A stretch of 64,000 nucleotides of DNA. It comes from Azolla caroliniana (Eukaryota; Plantae; Polypodiophyta). The notes under the pieces are model-generated. The model worked only from the letters and a program-made list of their open reading frames with translations. It had not been told where the DNA came from and made no database searches. Where the stretch lies: contig JBHGNT010000017.1 in the NCBI GenBank assembly GCA_043228905.1, positions 1,674,001 to 1,738,000 of the forward strand, in the 5' to 3' direction. A program made the translations under genes and the position numbers. Positions 1 through 12,600 of the stretch are shown piece by piece; the stretch's first letter is position 1, and each line of letters opens with the position of its first letter.

Positions 1-450
1 ACTTGAAGTTGATTGTCGGTGAGAATGTCGGATGTAACTCATCTCGATGTCGAACCCCGGAGTAGACTTGACATTTCTCGCAGCTTTCCGTAAACTCCGC
101 GATATCTTTGTACATTTTCTTCCACCAATATTTTTGCTTGATCTTCACAAATGTTGCCCATGTTCCTCGGTGTCCAGCCCAATCGGATTCGTGAAACTCG
201 GACATTATCCGGTTTCGTTGCTCTTTTGTCCCGACTACTCGAAGTGGTATACCATCCGGTCTTTTCGGCGCCCTCCATATTAATCCGTTTTCCAAGAAGA
301 ACTTTTGGACTTGCCTCTTCTTCCTTCGGATCTCGGCTCTTCTTCCTTTATCGTTTGTTGAGTCCTCGGCCTCTTGTAACATCTTTCCGATCATCAAACT
401 TTCTCCCTCATATTCTTCTTCCCGAAATTCTCGGATTACGTTCACTCGGG
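1..450 (-). pseudogene. G1 integrase N-terminal zinc-finger region, out of frame with RH
   Basis: Manual translation gives EFHESDWAGHRGTWATFVKIKQKYWWKKMYKDIAEFTESCEKCQ (HHCC motif). The frame changes near the CCCC run at ~447-450. Confidence 0.8.
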
Positions 451-2139
451 GCATATGTGCTCCGACGCGAAGTAGTCTTCGGAAACTTCTTCATTATCCG
501 ATTCGGTTATGTCGTCTCCGAACCGAGCCCTTGATAACATATCCGCTACCGCGTTTTCCTTCCCCGAGATGTGTCGAACCTCCGGATTAAGCAACTTGAC
601 ATATGCAACCCACCTTAGCATAGCTACATTTGGTATCGTACAACACCGCATCATCCCGAGTATCGGAAGACAATCCGTCTCGATCACCACTTCGGCTCCG
701 ATCAAATAATCCCGATCCGATTTTATCGCCGACACGACTCCCCACAGTTCTCTTTTGACTTGTGCATATCCACGTTGCCTTTCGTTGAGAACCTTTGCTC
801 CGAATCGGATCGGATACCGCGAACCATCCGAGTCGGCTTGATTGATGACCCACCCGATACCGGTTGGACTTGTATCAACCGTTACTATGATCGGTCGGTC
901 GTAGCTCGGCTTCTTAAGTGCTTCCGCCCTCCAAAGTGTCTTCTTCAATTTCTTCATGGCTTTGGTGTGTTCCGGTTTCCATTCGAATTTCTTACCTTTC
1001 CGCAACAAGTGGTAGAGCGGGTCCGCTATATGTGCATAGTGCGGAATCCATATGTGATAGAATGCACATGCACCGAGAAACCTTCGGACTTCGGATGTTG
1101 ACTCGCATACTTCCTCCATAGCTTGAATCGCATCTATCTTTGTTGGTGACGGTCTTCGGCCGTAGGGCCCACATAGATGTCCGACCACCAATATTTCTTC
1201 TTGCCCGAATGCCGATTTCTCCCCGAAAAGTGTTAGGTGCACATCTTCTAGCTTTCGCAACACTTTCTCGCAAGCATGAATATGGTCGACCACGAACTTT
1301 CGGCATCCCCGATCATCCATAGTCTCATCTTTTTCTTCGACCGCGCATCCTTTCATCGGAATGTCATCGAGGAACGGCATCGTTATCTCCGGAATGTAGT
1401 CTCGAAGCACCTTGTTCATCGCGTTCATCATATGAGCAACCGAGTTTGTCGCTCCTTGTGGTAGTGTGCACATTCGGACTAATCCTATCGGTGTTCGCAT
1501 GGTTGTGATGTCTCGGCTCTCCACGGCTAGTTGGAATTGGTCATACCCCGAGTATAGGTCTCCGATGGAGTATATCGCATGACCGGCAAAAGCTTCCGCA
1601 AATTCGTCCACTATCGGACCGACTCCCGAGTTCCGGATCGTGACCTTATTCACCGGTTGCAAGTCTTGGATAAATCGGAGTGACCCATTCTTCTTCGGAA
1701 CCGTAAACCATCGATTTGAGTACGGAGCAGTTGATGGCTCTAGAATCCCCATCGCCACCTTCTCCTTGAGCAAGTCAATGACTTTCGGAATATGCGCCCG
1801 TGGCACCGGAATCGGCTTCAGATTCCACGGTACATGGTCAATCGTAAAGATCACCATCGGCTCCACTATTCTCGGATCGACGCACCCTATCTCCCTTGAT
1901 GTAAATGCAAACGCTTTGCCGTGTTGCTCCAACATCTCGCGAAACCGTTCTTCTTCTTTCTGTAATAGGAACCCACCTCCACCGATCCGAAGATTCTTCC
2001 GGGTCTCATCCGTGAAGGCATGTCCGATATCCACGGACTTCCGAAGTGTCGGATCTCCCGAGACTTCTTTCTTCTTTTGTTCGCTATCGGCGGGTAGTGG
2101 TCCCGCGGCCGGTTTCACCTTCTTCTCCACGGTCTTGTA
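442..2139 (-). pseudogene. G1 reverse transcriptase-RNase H
   Basis: ORF 442..2157 has DLYSGYDQF, LPQGATNS, PFLDD and RNase H motifs VDTS..GIG, ELWGV, ETDC, NAVADMLSR. The first codons of the ORF come from the Copia A LTR. Confidence 0.9.
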
Positions 2140-2144
2140 TTTCG

Positions 2145-2768
2145 TGTCGTGAATCAACGCTTCGATTCACCTTCTTCACCTTCTTCTCTCCGTCCACAAC
2201 CGAGTAATCGCGGATCAATGCAGCAGAAAATAGGAACCACACGAAAGAAACTTAGACGCGAGTACACAGGGATTAACGTGGAAAACCCAGGCAGGAAAAA
2301 CCACGGGAGTACAAGACTCCAACCCAACACTATACAGAGAAGTATACAATGGCGAGCTGCAAGGCGATGACCTTGAGCTCGCTGTCCTCGCCACAGGCGG
2401 CGGAAATACACAGAGGCGTCTACCTCTTCCTCTCTCGCGCTCTATCTCTCTCTCTCTCTCTCACGGCTGCTTACACTTCACTCCTCTTGAGTGGAAAAAC
2501 AGAAAAAATGAGAAGCAACAACAAAACTGTTTGCCCTAAGTCATATTTATACTTATATGACTTTGGGCTATTTACAACTGTAGCCTCAGGGGCCCATAGC
2601 GAACATATTCACGGATATGTCCCTGCATCCGGATCGCTCTCCGGGTACATTCGTCATCCGGTACCGAAACCGGGGTCTTCGTCATCCGGATCCGAAACCG
2701 AAACCGGGCTTGTCGGCATTCATCTCCGATATCGGACCATCCCATTCGAAGGGACCGTAGTCCCAACA
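2145..2768 (-). repeat. Copia A 3' LTR
   Basis: TG...CA ends, adjacent to the PPT; about 2 substitutions versus 7640-8263. Confidence 0.95.
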
Positions 2769-2778
2769 AACTCCCCCT

Positions 2779-5700
2779 TCACTTCGGCATGGGATGTCTC
2801 TCCAATCCGATCCTCTTCCGGCATGCTTCCAGCTTGTCGGGTGTGAGGACCTTGGTCAGCATATCCGACCCGTTCTCGTCCGTGTGGATCTTTGTCAGCA
2901 CGAACTCCTTGTCTTCTATCCTTTCCCGGATCCAGTGATATCTTCGCTGGATGTGTTTCGTCCGGGAGTGATAGGCCGCGTTCTTCGCAAGGTGGATTGC
3001 ACTCTGACTGTCGCAGTAGAGTCGGTACTCCTCCTGTCGGATACCGAGCTCTCTAATGAAGTCCTTCATCCATATTATTTCCTTGCCGGCTTCAACAGCC
3101 GCCATGTACTCCGCCTCCGTGGTTGACAGCGCAACCGTCTTCTACAGCCTCGACTGCCATGAAACAGCTCCCCCTGCATACGTCATCACATACCCTGATG
3201 TGGACCGGCTGGTATCTGCATCAGCCGACATATCCGAATCGGTAAAGCCGTCGAGTTCGGGCTTTCCGGAGCCGAATCGGAGACACACGTTTGCCGTGCC
3301 CTTCAGGTATCGGAGTATCCACTTGGCCGCGTTCCAATGCTCTTTGCCGGGATTGCTCATGTACCGGCTCACCACTCCGACTGCATATCCGATGTCCGGT
3401 CTCGTACACACCATGGCGTACATCAAGCTCCCGACGGCTGAGGCATACGACACTTTCATCATATCCTCCTTTTCAGCCTTTGTCTTGGGACTTTGCTTGC
3501 TGGACAGCTTGCAGTTTGTCGGGAGGGTCGATCCGACCGGTCTTGCTTCCGACATGTTGAACCGTTTAAGCCACTTTGTCACGTACTTCTCTTGTGACAG
3601 CCACAACTGCTTCTTGCTCCGGTCCCGGATAATGTGCATCCCTAGTATTTGTCTCGCCGGACCCAAGTCCTTCATTGAGAAGGTTCGGTGAAGAGCCTTC
3701 TTCAGCATCCGTATCTTGACCTGGTCCCGTCCGACGATCAACATGTCGTCCACGTACAGGAGGAGTATTAGAAAGTCTCCTCCTTCGAACTTCTTCACAA
3801 ACACGCAGTGGTCGGACTGCGTTTTGAGGTACCCTTCGTCGGTCATGAAGGAGTCAAACTTCCGGTACCATTGCCGGGGAGCCTGCTTCTGTCCGTAGAG
3901 GCTCTTCTTCAACCGGCATACCAGGTGCTCCTTCCCTTTCTTCTCGAATCCTTCCGGTTGCTGCATGTAGATCTCTTCATCGAGGTCGCCGTGAAGGAAT
4001 GCCGTCTTCACGTCCATCTGTTCTACCTCGAGGTCCATGCTTGCCGCTATGCTCAGCACCGTCCGGATGGAGGTCATCTTCACTACCGGGGCAAATATCT
4101 CGTCGAAGTCGACACCCTTCTTCTGCTGAAACCCCTTCACCACGATCCTGGCTTTGTATCTCGGGGGTTTTCCGGCATCTCCCGGTTTCAGCTTGAACAC
4201 CCACTTGTTTCGAAGTGCCCGCTTTCCTTTCGGCAACTCCACAAGTTCATATGTGTGGTTCTCATGCAGGGAATCCATCTCGTCCTGCATGGCACTCAAC
4301 CACCTGCGGCTCTGGGTGTCATGTTTCGCTTCCTCAAAGCTCTCCGGCTCCCCCTCGTCGGTTAGCAACACGTGCTCTGGTTCCGGAAATCTCCGGGGGG
4401 CCCTTCTCTCTCTTTGAGGGTATCTCCGTTTCGGAGCTTCGGTAACCGGTTCTTCCGATTCTTCTTCTTCATCCGAATCCATTTCGGGATCGGGGCCGGT
4501 TCCGGTATCATATTCATCTTCTTCGGCCGGTTCTGTTTCTTCACCGTCTTCGGCCGGGTCCTCGAGTGCTAACCGGTCCCTTGCCGGTTGGGACTGCTCC
4601 TCGTAGAGTTTATCCTCACCGGTCGACTTGGAGCTCTTCATCTTCTTCTCCGACTCCCAGTCGGCGAGTGTCTTGTCCTCCATAAAGACGATATCTCGAC
4701 TCCTGAATATCTTCTTGTCGACCGGGTCCCATACTCGGTAGCCGAACTCGTCGTCGTCGTAACCGAGGAATATGCATGGCCGGGTCTTCGGATCTAGCTT
4801 TCCTCTCCGGTCCTTCGCCACGTGCACGTATGCGAGACACCCGAACACCTTCAGATGCCGGTAGGATACTTCCCTACCGGTCCACACTCTCTGCGGCGTG
4901 TCTCCGTCCAAAGGTACTGAGGGTGATCGGTTTATCACATATGTCGCCGTCGACATTGCCTCAGCCCAAAACCCCTTGGTAATTTCGCATGCGCCAGCAT
5001 ACTCCGAACCCTCTCCATTATGGTCCGGTTCATCCTCTCGGCCAGCCCGTTCAGTTCCGGCGTCTTCGGCACAGTAAACTCGAGCCGGATTCCCTTCGAG
5101 CGACAGTACTCCTGGAACTGCCCCCGGTATTCCCCTCCGTTATCCGCTCGTATCGCTTTCAGCTTCTTGCCGGATTCCCTTTCCACTCTCGCGTGGAGTT
5201 CTTTGAAGACGCACAACACTTGGTCCTTTGTCTTCAACGGTGCCGTCCACAGTCTTCGGCTGTGATCATCTATGAAAGTTACGAAGTACTGGGCTCCGCC
5301 ATGTGACTTCGTTTCTACCTGACACACGTCGGTGTGCACCAACTCCAATGGTGCGCTACGTCTCGTCGGTGGCCTTGAGTGGAAGGAGGTTCGGTTCTGC
5401 TTACCGGCCAGGCAGTCAGTGCACTTCTCCAGGTGCACATGCTTCACCGGAATAAGGTTGTCTTCTGCAAGCCTCTTCATCCCCTTCTCACTCATGTGGC
5501 ACAGTCTTTTGTGCCACAGCTCACCGGCAGTGTCGGCTGCCACATTCAGCTCTTCCGGACATAACCGGGCATTCATCAGGTACAACGTGTTGACCTTCCG
5601 GGCCCGAGCCACTATCAAGCTCCCCTTGCTGAACTTCATGACACCGTTCCGGATGCTACCCGTGTAGCCTTCATCATCTAGCCTCCCGGCCGAAATCAGG

Positions 5701-6854
5701 TTCAGTCGGACCTCCGGAACGTGTCGGACATTCTTCAGCAGCATTTTGCATCCGGTCGGGGTTGTCAACCACACGTCTCCTATGCCGGCAATCCGGCACG
5801 TACCTTCGTTTCCCATCCGAACACAGCCATGCTCGCCGGCTGTGTAGGATGAGAAGTATCTTCTCTCCGGGGTCAGGTGGAACGATGCTCCGGAATCGAC
5901 CACCCAGGTCGTCTCATCGCCGGCAATGTTTAGTTCACCTTCTTCGGTGATGAGCATGATCTCCTCTTCACTTGCCGCGAGTGCCGTCGTTCCTTTCCGG
6001 TCCTGTCCTCGCCGATCCGAACCATTCCGGTCCGTGGCTCCCCGGTATGCACCGTTTCTCTCCGGTGACTTCTTCGAATCGGTGTTGTCGGTTCCATTTT
6101 CTTTTCGGTAATGCCGACAATTCTTTCGGAAGTGCCCCGGCTTCCCACAGTGGAAGCATGTGGGCCTTCCTCTTGACTGCGACCGGGTCCCCGACTTCTC
6201 CCGTCTTTGCGGACTCCGGTTCCATTGTCTTCCCCGATCCGATTCGGTAAACAACATCTTCGGGTCGGAGGCCGGTTCCTTATCTCTCCGACGCGCTTCT
6301 TCATTCAAAATACTTGTCTTTACCGTCTGTAAGGACAAGTTATCTTCGGTGCAGGAGGTGTTGAGAGTCACCACCAAGTTCTCCCAGCTTTCTGGCAATG
6401 TACACATCAGGATGATGGCTTGCATTGCATCCTCCAACGGGAACTTAATCGCCGCAAGCTGGTTCACGAATCCCATGAACGTGCTTACGTGTTCAACCAT
6501 ACTCTCGCCGTCCCGGTACTTGAGGTTCACTATCTTCCTCATCAGGGAGGTCCGGTTCAACGCATTCTTCCTCTCGTAGAGGCCCGACAGCTTCTTCCAC
6601 ATCTCATATGCGTTGGTGTCGTTCGCCACATGTTGTAGGACGCTTACATCGACATATTGTCGGATCGTCGCTACGGCTTTCCGGTTCAGGAGCTTCCACT
6701 CCGACTCAAGTACCCCCTTCGGTATTTCCGACCTGTCAATCGGTTCGTACAGGTCCCGAACAATCAGAAGATCCTCCATCTTGATCTTCCAGTCGGCGTA
6801 ATTCTGTGCATTCAGCACCATCATCCCCGGCTGCCCGCTGCCGCCGCCTTCCAT
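2779..6854 (-). pseudogene. Copia A gag-pol with a frameshift at ~4960-4975 and a premature TAG at 3142
   Basis: ORFs 4935..6896, 3142..4956 and 2779..3105 align colinearly to the intact 1358-aa Copia B polyprotein. Confidence 0.92.
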
Positions 6855-6883
6855 TTTCTGCAACAGTCGCTCTGATACCAGTT

Positions 6884-7512
6884 TGTCGTGAATCAACGCT
6901 TCGATTCACCTTCTTCACCTTCTTCTCTCCGTCCACAACCGAGTAATCGCGGATCAATGCAGCAGAAAATAGGAACCACACGAAAGAAACTTAGACGCGA
7001 GTACACAGGGATTAACGTGGAAAACCCAGGCGGGAAAAACCACGGGAGTACAAGACTCCAACCACACCACACTATACAGAGAAGTATACAATGGCGAGCT
7101 GCAAGGCGACGACCTTGAGCTCGCTGTCCTCGCCACAGGCGGCGGAAATACACAGAGGCGTCTACCTCTTCCTCTCTCGCGCTCTATCTCTCTCTCTCTC
7201 TCTCACGGCTGCTTACACTTCACTCCTCTTGAGTGGAAAAACAGAAAAAATGAGAAGCAACAACAAAACTGTTTGCCCTAAGTCATATTTATACTTATAT
7301 GACTTTGGGCTATTTACAACTGTAGCCTCAGGGGCCCATAGCGAACATATTCACGGATATGTCCCTGCATCCGGATCGCTCTCCGGGTACATTCGTCATC
7401 CCGGTACCGAAACCGGGGTCTTCGTCATCCGGATCCGAAACCGAAACCGGGCTTTGTCGGCATTCATCTCCGATATCGGACCATCCCATTCGAAGGGACC
7501 GTAGTCCCAACA
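6884..7512 (-). repeat. Copia A 5' LTR, contig-end copy with small indels
   Basis: Follows the PBS; followed by the TSD TTTCG and ~17 bp of the same flank seen again at 8269. Confidence 0.9.
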
Positions 7513-7534
7513 TTTCGTACTTTACCATTGCTTA

Positions 7535-7634
7535 NNNNNNNNNNNNNNNNNNNNNNNNNNNNNNNNNNNNNNNNNNNNNNNNNNNNNNNNNNNNNNNNNN
7601 NNNNNNNNNNNNNNNNNNNNNNNNNNNNNNNNNN
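7535..7634. other. Assembly gap (100 N) with redundant sequence on both sides
   Basis: N run; the LTR and its flank are repeated across it. Confidence 0.97.
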
Positions 7635-7639
7635 AAGTT

Positions 7640-8263
7640 TGTCGTGAATCAACGCTTCGATTCACCTTCTTCACCTTCTTCTCTCCGTCCACAACCGAGT
7701 AATCGCGGATCAATGCAGCAGAAAATAGGAACCACACGAAAGAAACTTAGACGCGAGTACACAGGGATTAACGTGGAAAACCCAGGCGGGAAAAACCACG
7801 GGAGTACAAGACTCCAACCCAACACTATACAGAGAAGTATACAATGGCGAGCTGCAAGGCGACGACCTTGAGCTCGCTGTCCTCGCCACAGGCGGCGGAA
7901 ATACACAGAGGCGTCTACCTCTTCCTCTCTCGCGCTCTATCTCTCTCTCTCTCTCTCACGGCTGCTTACACTTCACTCCTCTTGAGTGGAAAAACAGAAA
8001 AAATGAGAAGCAACAACAAAACTGTTTGCCCTAAGTCATATTTATACTTATATGACTTTGGGCTATTTACAACTGTAGCCTCAGGGGCCCATAGCGAACA
8101 TATTCACGGATATGTCCCTGCATCCGGATCGCTCTCCGGGTACATTCGTCATCCGGTACCGAAACCGGGGTCTTCGTCATCCGGATCCGAAACCGAAACC
8201 GGGCTTGTCGGCATTCATCTCCGATATCGGACCATCCCATTCGAAGGGACCGTAGTCCCAACA
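7640..8263 (-). repeat. Copia A 5' LTR, second assembled copy
   Basis: Same boundaries as 6884-7512; followed by TSD TTTCG and G1 sequence. Confidence 0.92.
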
Positions 8264-8268
8264 TTTCG

Positions 8269-8882
8269 TACTTACCATTGCTTCTTCTTTACGGAGCGTA
8301 TCCGGCTCCATTTTCGCAATGATCTTGTACATCTCGACCGATTCCACCGGGACTACCCAGTTCCCTTGGCTTTTATCTTCCGCAAGCTCTTCAAGTCGTT
8401 GTAGCGTGCTCCCATAGAACACTTCCTCGACTATCCCCACGATTTCTTCATCTTCTTTTATTATTGATGCCGACCGCAACTTATCCTCCACTTGTCGGTA
8501 TCCTTTCTTCAATCCTCCGGTTACGGTCGTGTACGTAGATGCCCCATCCAGACCGATTCGTACATGTTTTGCTCCGAGAGTTTTCTTCCTGTGTGGGGTA
8601 TCAGGGCTTCTCGGACTATCACTTCCCCACTCCGCAACAGTCTGCTTTAAAAATCCATTCTCACTTGGGACAAGAGTTCCCTCTTGTTCCTTTCGTGATT
8701 TGCCGGCACCGTTAGGAATTGGACGGATTTCCCACCGTTTTGGCTCCGAATTCGCGCAAAAGCCGCACCGCTATCGAGCACCTTCGTCTCCATCCGTGAT
8801 GCCGTGATAAAGGGTTGGCCGAGGATGACGGAATGTGAAACCTCATCTTGCACGAAGAAATTTTGGTCAATCTCGACATCCC
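8269..8882 (-). pseudogene. G1 protease C-terminus, putative -1 frameshift site and pol N-terminal linker
   Basis: ORF 8647..8853 (VILGQPF) ends ATG GAT TTT TAA. The -1 frame is open from there to 8269 and joins RT in frame (MVSTK|YKTVEKKVKP) after Copia A is removed. Confidence 0.85.
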
Positions 8883-8887
8883 CGATC

Positions 8888-9652
8888 TGTTGGGATTACG
8901 GTCCCTCCGGATGGGATGTCCGGAGATGAATGACGGCAAGCCCGGTTGCGGTTACGGAACCGGATGATGAAGAGTACCCGGCATGAAGCCGGATGAAGTG
9001 TACCCGGATGCGGATCCGGATGATGAAGTGTACCCGGATGCGGATCCGGATGATGAAGAGTACCCGGCATGAAGCCGGATGAAGAGTACCCGGATGCGGA
9101 TCCGGATGATGAAGAGTACCCGGCATGAAGCCGGATGAAGAGTACCCGGATACGGATCCGGATGATGAAGACCCCGGCTACGGAGCCGGATGACGAATGT
9201 ACCCGGAGAGAGATCCGGATGCAGGGACATATTTGTGAATATGTTTGCTAAGAGCCCTTGAGGCTATATTTGTAAATAGCCCGAAAGTCATATATGTATA
9301 AATATGACTTAGGGCAAACAATTTTATGTTGTTGCTTAATTTTCATGCGAAGTGAGAGCAGCCGAGAGAGAGAGAGAGAGAGAGACGAAGAGGTCGTTGC
9401 CTCTGTGTATTGCCGCCGCCTGTGGCGAAGACAGTGAGCTCAAGGTTGTTGCCTTGTAGCTTCACCAGTGTACATCCCTGTTCATAGTGATAGTTGGAGT
9501 TTGAGGACTCCCGTGGTTTTTCCCATTTAGGGTTTTCCACGTAAAACATCCAGTGTACCTTTCTCTCTATTGTTTTTCGTGCATTGTTGTATTTCCCGTT
9601 TTCTGTGAATCGATCCTGTTCCTCGGTTGTGGCCGAGCACGGAATTTCAATA
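8888..9652 (+). repeat. Copia B 5' LTR with an internal tandem array (~8960-9195)
   Basis: TGTTGG...CAATA ends; repeated CCGGATGATGAAGAGTACCCGG(C)ATG modules. Confidence 0.95.
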
Positions 9653-9683
9653 AATTGGTATCAGAGCGACGGTAACACAGAAA

Positions 9684-12600
9684 ATGGAAGGCGGCGGCAG
9701 CGGGCAGCCGGGAATGATGGTGCTGAATGCGCAGAATTACGCCGACTGGAAGATCAAGATGGAGGATCTTCTGATTGTTCGGGACCTGTACGAACCGATT
9801 GACAGGTCGGAAATACCGAAGGGAGTACTTGAGTCGGAGTGGAAGCTCCTGAACCGGAAAGCAGTAGCGACGATCCGGCAATATGTCGATGTAAGTGTCC
9901 TGCAACATGTGGCGAACGATACGAACGCCTATGAGATGTGGAAGAAGCTGTCGGGCCTCTATGAGAGGAAGAATGCGTTGAACCGGACCTCCCTGATGAG
10001 AAAGATAGTGAACCTCAAGTACCGGGACGGCGAGAGTATGGTGGAACACGTAAGCACGTTCATGGGATTCGTGAACCAGCTTGCGGCGATCAAGTTCCCG
10101 TTGGAGGATGCAATGCAAGCCATCATCCTGATGTGTACATTGCCGGACAGCTGGGAGAACTTGGTGGTGACTCTCAGCACCTCCTGCACGGAAGACAACT
10201 TGTCCCTACAAACGGTAAAGACAAGTATTCTAAATGAAGAAGCGTGTCGGAGAGATAAAGAACCGGCCTCCGACTCGAAGGCGCTGCTTACCGAATCGGA
10301 ACGGGGAAGACACTGGAACCGGAGTCCGCAAAGACGGGAGAAGTCGGGGACCCGGTCGCAGTCAAGAGGAAGACCCATCTGCTTCCACTGTGGGAAGCCG
10401 GGGCACTTCCGGACGAATTGTCGGCATTACCGAAAGGACAACGGAGCCGACGACACCGATTCGAAGAAGTCACCGGAGAGAAACGGTGCATACCGGGGAG
10501 CCACGGACCGGAGAGGTCCGGATCGGCGAGGGCAGGACCGGAAAGGAACAACGGCACTCGCGGCAAGTGAGGAAGAGATCATGCTCATCACCGAAGAAGG
10601 TGAGCTAAACGTTGCCGGCGATGAGACGACCTGGGTGGTCGATTCCGGAGCATCGTTCCACCTGACCCCGGAGAGAAGATACTTCTCATCCTACACAGCC
10701 GGCAAGCATGGCTGTGTTCGGATGGGAAATGAAGGTACGTGCCGGATTGCCGGCATAGGAGACGTGTGGTTAACAACCCCGACCGGATGCAAAATGCTGC
10801 TGAAGGATGTCCGACACGTTCCGGAGGTTCGATTGAACCTGATTTCGGCCGGGAGGCTAGACGATGAAGGCTACACAGGTAGCATCCGGAACGGCGTAAT
10901 GAAGTTCAGCAAGGGGAGCCTGATAGTGGCTCGGGCCCGGAAAGTCAACACACTGTACCTGATGAATGCCCGGTTATGTCCGGAAGAGCTGAATGTGGCA
11001 GCCGACACTGCCGGTGAGCTGTGGCACAAGAGACTGTGCCACATGAGTGAGAAGGGGATGAAGAGGCTTGCAGAAGACAACCTCATCCCAGTGAAGCATG
11101 TGCACCTGGAGAAGTGCACCGATTGCCTGGCCGGTAAGCAGAACCGAGCCTCCTTCCACTCAAGGCCACCGACGAGACGTAGCGCACCATTGGAGTTGGT
11201 GCACACTGACGTGTGTCAGGTAGAGACGAAGTCACATGGCGGAGCCCAGTACTTCGTAACATTCATCGATGATCATAGCCGAAAACTGTGGACGGCACCG
11301 ATGAAGACAAAGGACCAAGTGTTGTGCGTCTTCAAAGAACTCCACGCGAGAGTGGAAAGGGAATCCGGCAAGAAGCTGAAAGCGATACGAGCGGATAACG
11401 GAGGGGAATACCGGGGGCAGTTCCAGGAGTACTGTCGCTCGAAGGGTATCCGACTCGAGTTCACTGTGCCGAAGACGCCGGAACTGAACGGGCTGGCCGA
11501 GAGGATGAACCGGACCATAATGGAGAGGGTCCGGAGTATGCTGGCGCATGCGAAATTACCCAAGGGATTTTGGGCTGAGGCAATGTCGACGGCGACGTAT
11601 GTGATAAACAGATCACCCTCAGTACCTTTGGACGGAGACACGCCGCAGAAAGTGTGGACCGGTAAGGAAGTGTCCTACCGGCATCTGAAGGTGTTCGGGT
11701 GTCTCGTATACGTGCATGTGGCAAAGGACCGGAGAGGAAAGCTAGATCCAAAGACCCGGCCATGCATATTCCTCGGTTACGGCGATGACGAGTTCGGCTA
11801 CCGAGTATGGGACCCGGTCAACAAGAAGATATTCAGGAGTCGAGACATCATCTTCATGGAGGACAAGACACTCGCCGACTGGGAGTCGGAGAAGAAGGTG
11901 AAGAGCTCAAAGTCGACCGGTGAGGATCAACTCTACGAGGAGCAGTCCCGACCGGCAAGGGACCGGTTAGCACTCGAGGATCCGGCCGAATACGGTGAAG
12001 AAACAGAACCGGCCGAAGAAGATGAAAACGATACCGGAACCGGCCCCGATCCCGAAATGGATTCGGATGAAGAAGAAGAATCGGAAGAACCGGTTACCGA
12101 AGCTCCCGAACGGAGATATCCTCTAAGAGAGAGAAGGGCCCCCCGGAGATTTCCGGAACCAGAGCACGTGCTGCTAACCGACGAGGGGGAGCCGGAGAGC
12201 TTTGAAGAAGCAAAGCACGACACCCAGAGCCGCAGGTGGTTAAGTGCCATGCAGGAGGAGATGGATTCCCTGCATGAGAACCACACATATGAACTTGTGG
12301 AGTTGCCGAAAGGAAAGCGGGCACTTCGAAACAAGTGGGTGTTCAAGCTGAAACCGGGAGATGCCGGAAACCCCCAGAGATACAAAGCCAGGATCGTGGT
12401 GAAGGGGTTCCAGCAGAAGAAGGGCGTCGACTTCGACGAGATATTTGCCCCGGTAGTGAAGATGACCTCTATCCGGACGGTGCTGAGCATAGCGGCAAGC
12501 ATGGACCTCGAGGTAGAACAGATGGACGTGAAGACGGCATTCCTTCACGGTGACCTCGAAGAAGAGATCTACATGCAGCAACCGGAAGGATTCGAGAAGA

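Larger units (their letters stand above)
2145..8263 (-). mobile_element. Ty1/Copia LTR retrotransposon A (Tnt1/Tork-like)
   Basis: 624-bp LTRs at 2145-2768 and 7640-8263. TSD TTTCG at 2140-2144 and 8264-8268. tRNA-iMet PBS (revcomp TGGTATCAGAGC) 6869-6880; PPT 2769-2782. Confidence 0.95.

Noticed and set aside
2149-2846. Short ORFs recurring in LTRs and antisense to gag-pol
   Set aside because: They recur only because the LTRs are repeated, or are shadows of GC-rich coding strands.
8955-9200. Regularly repeated short units resembling a CRISPR array
   Set aside because: No unique spacers; the array lies inside both LTRs of a eukaryotic retrotransposon.
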